A stretch of DNA of 64,000 nucleotides from Pelomyxa schiedti (lineage: Eukaryota; Protista; Evosea): positions 62,001-126,000 of the forward strand of contig JAHLWZ010000626.1 in assembly GCA_020536535.1 (NCBI GenBank), in the 5' to 3' direction. The position numbers and the translations under genes were made by a program. The notes under the pieces are model-generated. The model made no database searches. It saw only the letters and a program-made list of their open reading frames with translations, and was not told the origin of the DNA. Of the stretch, positions 60,376 to 64,000 are shown piece by piece (the stretch's first letter is position 1; each line of letters begins with the position of its first letter).

Positions 60376-62943
60376 ATGCCGCGGGGGAAAGCACAGAGGA
60401 ACGCGTCCAATGCGGCGAGGAAGCACGCCAAGATGGCGCAAACGCAAATGGAGGCGCTGATAAAGAAGAAGGAGAAGGATAAAAAGCGAGCCGAGAGGAA
60501 GCTGAACGAGACGAGCCAGCCGCCTTTGGTTTTGTTTGACAGCCCATCGGCTGCAACTGTAACTGTGATCACCCCAACGCCTGCGAAACGGAAACCGAAA
60601 TACAAGCCGAAACCGAGGCCAAAACCGGCAACGAAAACTGAAAATGAAACTGACACTATTGTTGCTGCTGCTACTACTACTTCAACCACGACGAGTACTC
60701 AGAATTCTGGTACTGCTGTTATGCAGGAGGATAGTGTACCATCTGTGGCGGCACAGAAAGTTCCAACTCCAACTCCAGAATCAGCTGCGGCCCCAATCCC
60801 AATCCCTGAGAAAGCTTCGCAGAGAGTGAGGCCACAAGAGATATCTGAAAGTGAAGAGGAGGACGACATGGAAGGGGAGGCAAAGCAAGCTGGAAGAAAA
60901 AGGCAGGCAACTACCACTGTTACCAAATCAAATTCCTCGAGGGCAAAGCAACCACGAGTGTATGTATAGTTATCACTCCCAAGATATCATTTTCATGTTG
61001 CTCTTTTCTTACTGTCTCAGGCAACCCCAGACTGCAAATGATTTCGTTAGGTGGCTGAGTGGGCCAATGCATGTCATGGAATGGAAGTTGGATGTCAGTC
61101 ATTGAACTCCTTTTCATTAACTTTCTGATATTCTTCCAGCAATTCAGAAATCTATTGCTTCAATCCATTACCCGAAATTTGCCTGCTACCATGAGGGTAA
61201 ATAATAACCCACAAGTTTTTTTCTAAAGTGCACCAACAACCACAAAAGACAAAGGTATCAATGCCATCTGAGGACTTCCGTAAGGTTGTTCTTGTAGTAG
61301 TGGACTGTGTCCCAGAACGCATTTACAAAGAGAACGCTGGCCTACTCCCTGTACTTCAGCCAGACAAATCTATCCTACCCGTATTATTGCCTAGTATGTA
61401 TCAGGGTGAGGGATCCAATCCATTGACACTACTGCAGAAAAAGAATCAGTATTTGACAACTTGATGGTATTAAGTAAGTGCACCTCTGTTGCGCCAGTGG
61501 GATCCGTTCCAGTAGAACAGTTCTTATTACCTGAAAGAGCAGAGTTCAATCCCGATACAATGTCTTCTCTCGTTTTTCGTTCGCATAATCTTATTGATTA
61601 CTAGAAACTTCAAATCAACTCAATCTTTACCCTCAGAGGAAACACTACCCCCCAACAAAGCTGTCATTGCAATACAATGCGAAATGGTTTCTCTTTCTAT
61701 TTCGTCACTACGTTTTAATCCGTTTTCCAGGTCAAAGGAAAAACTGGTCTGCAGTTGGCGAGGATCACATTGGTTGATCAAACACTGCAAACACTTTTAG
61801 ATACACTGGTTAAGCCTGAAGAGCCAATTGAAGATTGTATGACAAGGTTTGCCACCCAAGGGAAAAAAATGACATGCCAAAAAACATTTCAATACAGTAC
61901 ACATGGGATTTCAGAGGACTTATTATCTGCTGCCGCTTTTACATTTGAGCAAGTTCAGAATATGTTGTTAAAAGTGGTTTCCTCTGAAGTAATTCTTGTT
62001 GGCCACAATATTGAGAGCATTCTAAATAGTTTGAAGGTATGGAAAAAGGTGGCTTTTCTACTTTATTTTACAGGCTGGTAGGTCAAACACTCTCGATTGG
62101 TTGACGTAGGGGGATTATTCATATCTCCTATTCACCCCGTCAAAGAGAGCCTGGAGGTTCTTGCTCTCACCCACCTGCACATTTCAAACAAGCCATTACA
62201 CAGTGTTGACGCCGCTATTGCTTCAATGAAGCTTCTTCAACTCAAAATTTCTGGAGGTGAGAGCTCTCACATGGCATACAACGGTTTTTCATTTATGCAG
62301 GAACAAGTGTTGGCATCAGTCTTCTTGACTGGCTAGAAGAACATCAAAAAAACACAACTTACATAGATTCTGCCGCGTTGTCTTCTAAGTGGTACGGAAA
62401 TGGAGATCACAAATTTGTCAAATCTGTTATCACTACAAACGATGCCGAGGTTTTTCCATCCATTGACCAAAGCAAGTTTAATATCTCCACAGACAACAGG
62501 CACTGTTGTTAAACTGCTGCAGGATGACACAACACATGTTGTACTTGCACACTTGCAATGCTACAACCCACCAAGTAAAGGAAGCTAGTGAGATTTTTTG
62601 TTGGCCTAATACCATTCCAGATTCTTCCCAAATAAACGCCGCTCTCTCCAGCTACAATGAGTCTATTAAGACCATTCTAGGGAGCACCCCACCCAACTCC
62701 TTTGCACTAGTAATAACAACAGGGGCTCCAAAATCCCTCAGGCATGTTGGCCAACAACAACTTCTCCCCCACTTCACTTACCCAAAAGCTAACACCTCAA
62801 AAAACAAAAGTAGTGACACGGGTGGGACCAAAGAATCCAAGGAGCGGGTAATTTGCCGGCTTCACTTCTCTCCGCTTGCGCCAGCACCTCCACAGACCAA
62901 AAGAAAAAACAAACCAAAGAAATGCAACCACCATGACCATTGA
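60376..62943 (+). CDS. Rex1/REXO5-family RNA exonuclease homologue with a degenerate DEDDh active site
   Basis: KVVLVVV N-terminal block, AIQCEMV..LARITLVD..LDTLVKPEEPIEDCMT..HGI..ILVGHNIESIL..LHSVDAAIASMKLLQLKI. Confidence 0.85.
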
Positions 62944-63181
62944 AAGGCACCCGCGCCAGGCGACTTGGAGATTGAGAGATTCATTTTTTTCCTGTTTTTG
63001 AGCACAAATTGGGGGAACAAAATAAAAGGAAACAAAAACTAAAACGATACATGAGACAGCACGAGTTAATCAAAACAATAAAAAAACCCAGATCTAGTCA
63101 TAGCTGCCATACCGTACAGCAAGGCATTTCTGTGTTACGCTTTTTTTTTTTTTTATGACTGCCTTGCACAAACCAGAGATT

Positions 63182-63345
63182 TTAACCCTTTAGCTAAAAT
63201 CTCCGGTGACCGGCGGTGCGATGTTCTGGGATCGACAAAGATGGATCGCGGTGGACCGCGATGCATCGGGATGGGATAGGGGGATGGAGCGGGATGGATC
63301 GCGGTGGACCGGGATGGATGGTGATGGTGAGCCGTCGGCGAGGGT
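63182..63345. repeat. GC-rich repetitive segment next to the assembly gap, with a 19-bp direct repeat and GGATG motifs; possible transposon end
   Basis: GATGGATCGCGGTGGACCG at 63240-63258 and 63293-63311; TTAA|CCCTTT at 63182-63191. Confidence 0.4.
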
Positions 63346-63396
63346 TTTTGGAGCCAGGCTGGCAACAAATAAATAAATAAATTTCTTTTTCCCTTT

Positions 63397-63496
63397 NNNN
63401 NNNNNNNNNNNNNNNNNNNNNNNNNNNNNNNNNNNNNNNNNNNNNNNNNNNNNNNNNNNNNNNNNNNNNNNNNNNNNNNNNNNNNNNNNNNNNNNN
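63397..63496. other. Assembly gap (100 N)
   Basis: Run of N. Confidence 1.
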
Positions 63497-63498
63497 TC

Positions 63499-64000
63499 GG
63501 GGTGTCACTCACAGAGGGGGTCCTGCCAATCACGCCGCATGCTTCACATGCTGATGTTCCCCTTGGTGAGAATGACAGATTGGTGGGGTCGATATCTCCC
63601 ACCAAAGCTGTCATAAGGGCTGCTGCGTGTAGGGTTGAAAGGGTTGACAATGGATATCACTTGTTCGATATGGTAGGAGGTACACTTCAGGTGTTGGATT
63701 ACAGTGACCGTGACCACCCATTGCGTGAGGTTATTGGAGCCGGCGAGGATTATCTGTGTGCGTTCTTCACACTGATACTGTGCAGTGACAAGTGGGTGGT
63801 GGAAATATGTGCTAAGGCCACCATGTCAATATGGCTTGTTTCAGAGGGTGTCATACAACCAAGGGTGACTTTCAAGGTTCCCTTTGTTTTTGATGACTAT
63901 GTGTCCGACTTTGATTTTATGGTCACAGACACCAATCAATGTATTGCCAAAGGCTATGAGCTGTCGATTGTGAGCCTAGACAGTGACAATGAGCGGTGGA
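63499..64000 (+). CDS. Internal fragment of a hypothetical beta-rich protein, open to the window end
   Basis: Stop-free frame GVSLTEGVLP...CSDKWVVEIC...SLDSDNERW; absent from the ORF track because it has no terminal stop. Confidence 0.6.

Noticed and set aside
1-64000. Alternative genetic code or stop-codon readthrough
   Set aside because: In the genes whose junctions I traced, in-frame stops resolve as short introns, and multi-kb exons translate cleanly with the standard code
1-64000. CRISPR arrays, rRNA, prokaryotic operons
   Set aside because: No regularly spaced repeats or rRNA signatures; the sequence is spliceosomal-intron-rich eukaryotic DNA

Overview
Eukaryotic, gene-dense and intron-rich DNA. 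Most introns are about 40-110 nt GT-AG, at least one is GC-AG, and the standard code fits. About 26 protein-coding genes were reconstructed by hand, several of them fragmented or invisible in the ORF track. There is no rRNA, convincing tRNA or CRISPR, and a 100-N assembly gap lies near the right end. An Entamoeba-type transmembrane kinase, a Dictyostelium Drk-type kinase, a cAMP-receptor-like GPCR and a ciliary TMEM218-like gene point to a flagellated amoebozoan, probably an archamoeba such as Pelomyxa (inference). Best discoveries: (1) a single-chain triple-YjbQ/UPF0047 protein whose first two repeats keep complementary halves of the conserved motifs, consistent with a fused pseudo-trimer with one surviving interfacial site; (2) a sacsin whose J-domain has lost HPD and whose HEPN is replaced by an F-box-like motif; (3) a CUE + 3x SKICH-like protein resembling a selective-autophagy receptor; (4) two apparent pseudoenzymes, a papain with Cys25->Tyr and a Rex1/REXO5 lacking its DEDDh residues; (5) a surface protein built from bacterial-like modules. 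All family assignments rest on motif recognition from memory, with no database search. Exon boundaries and some starts are hand predictions.
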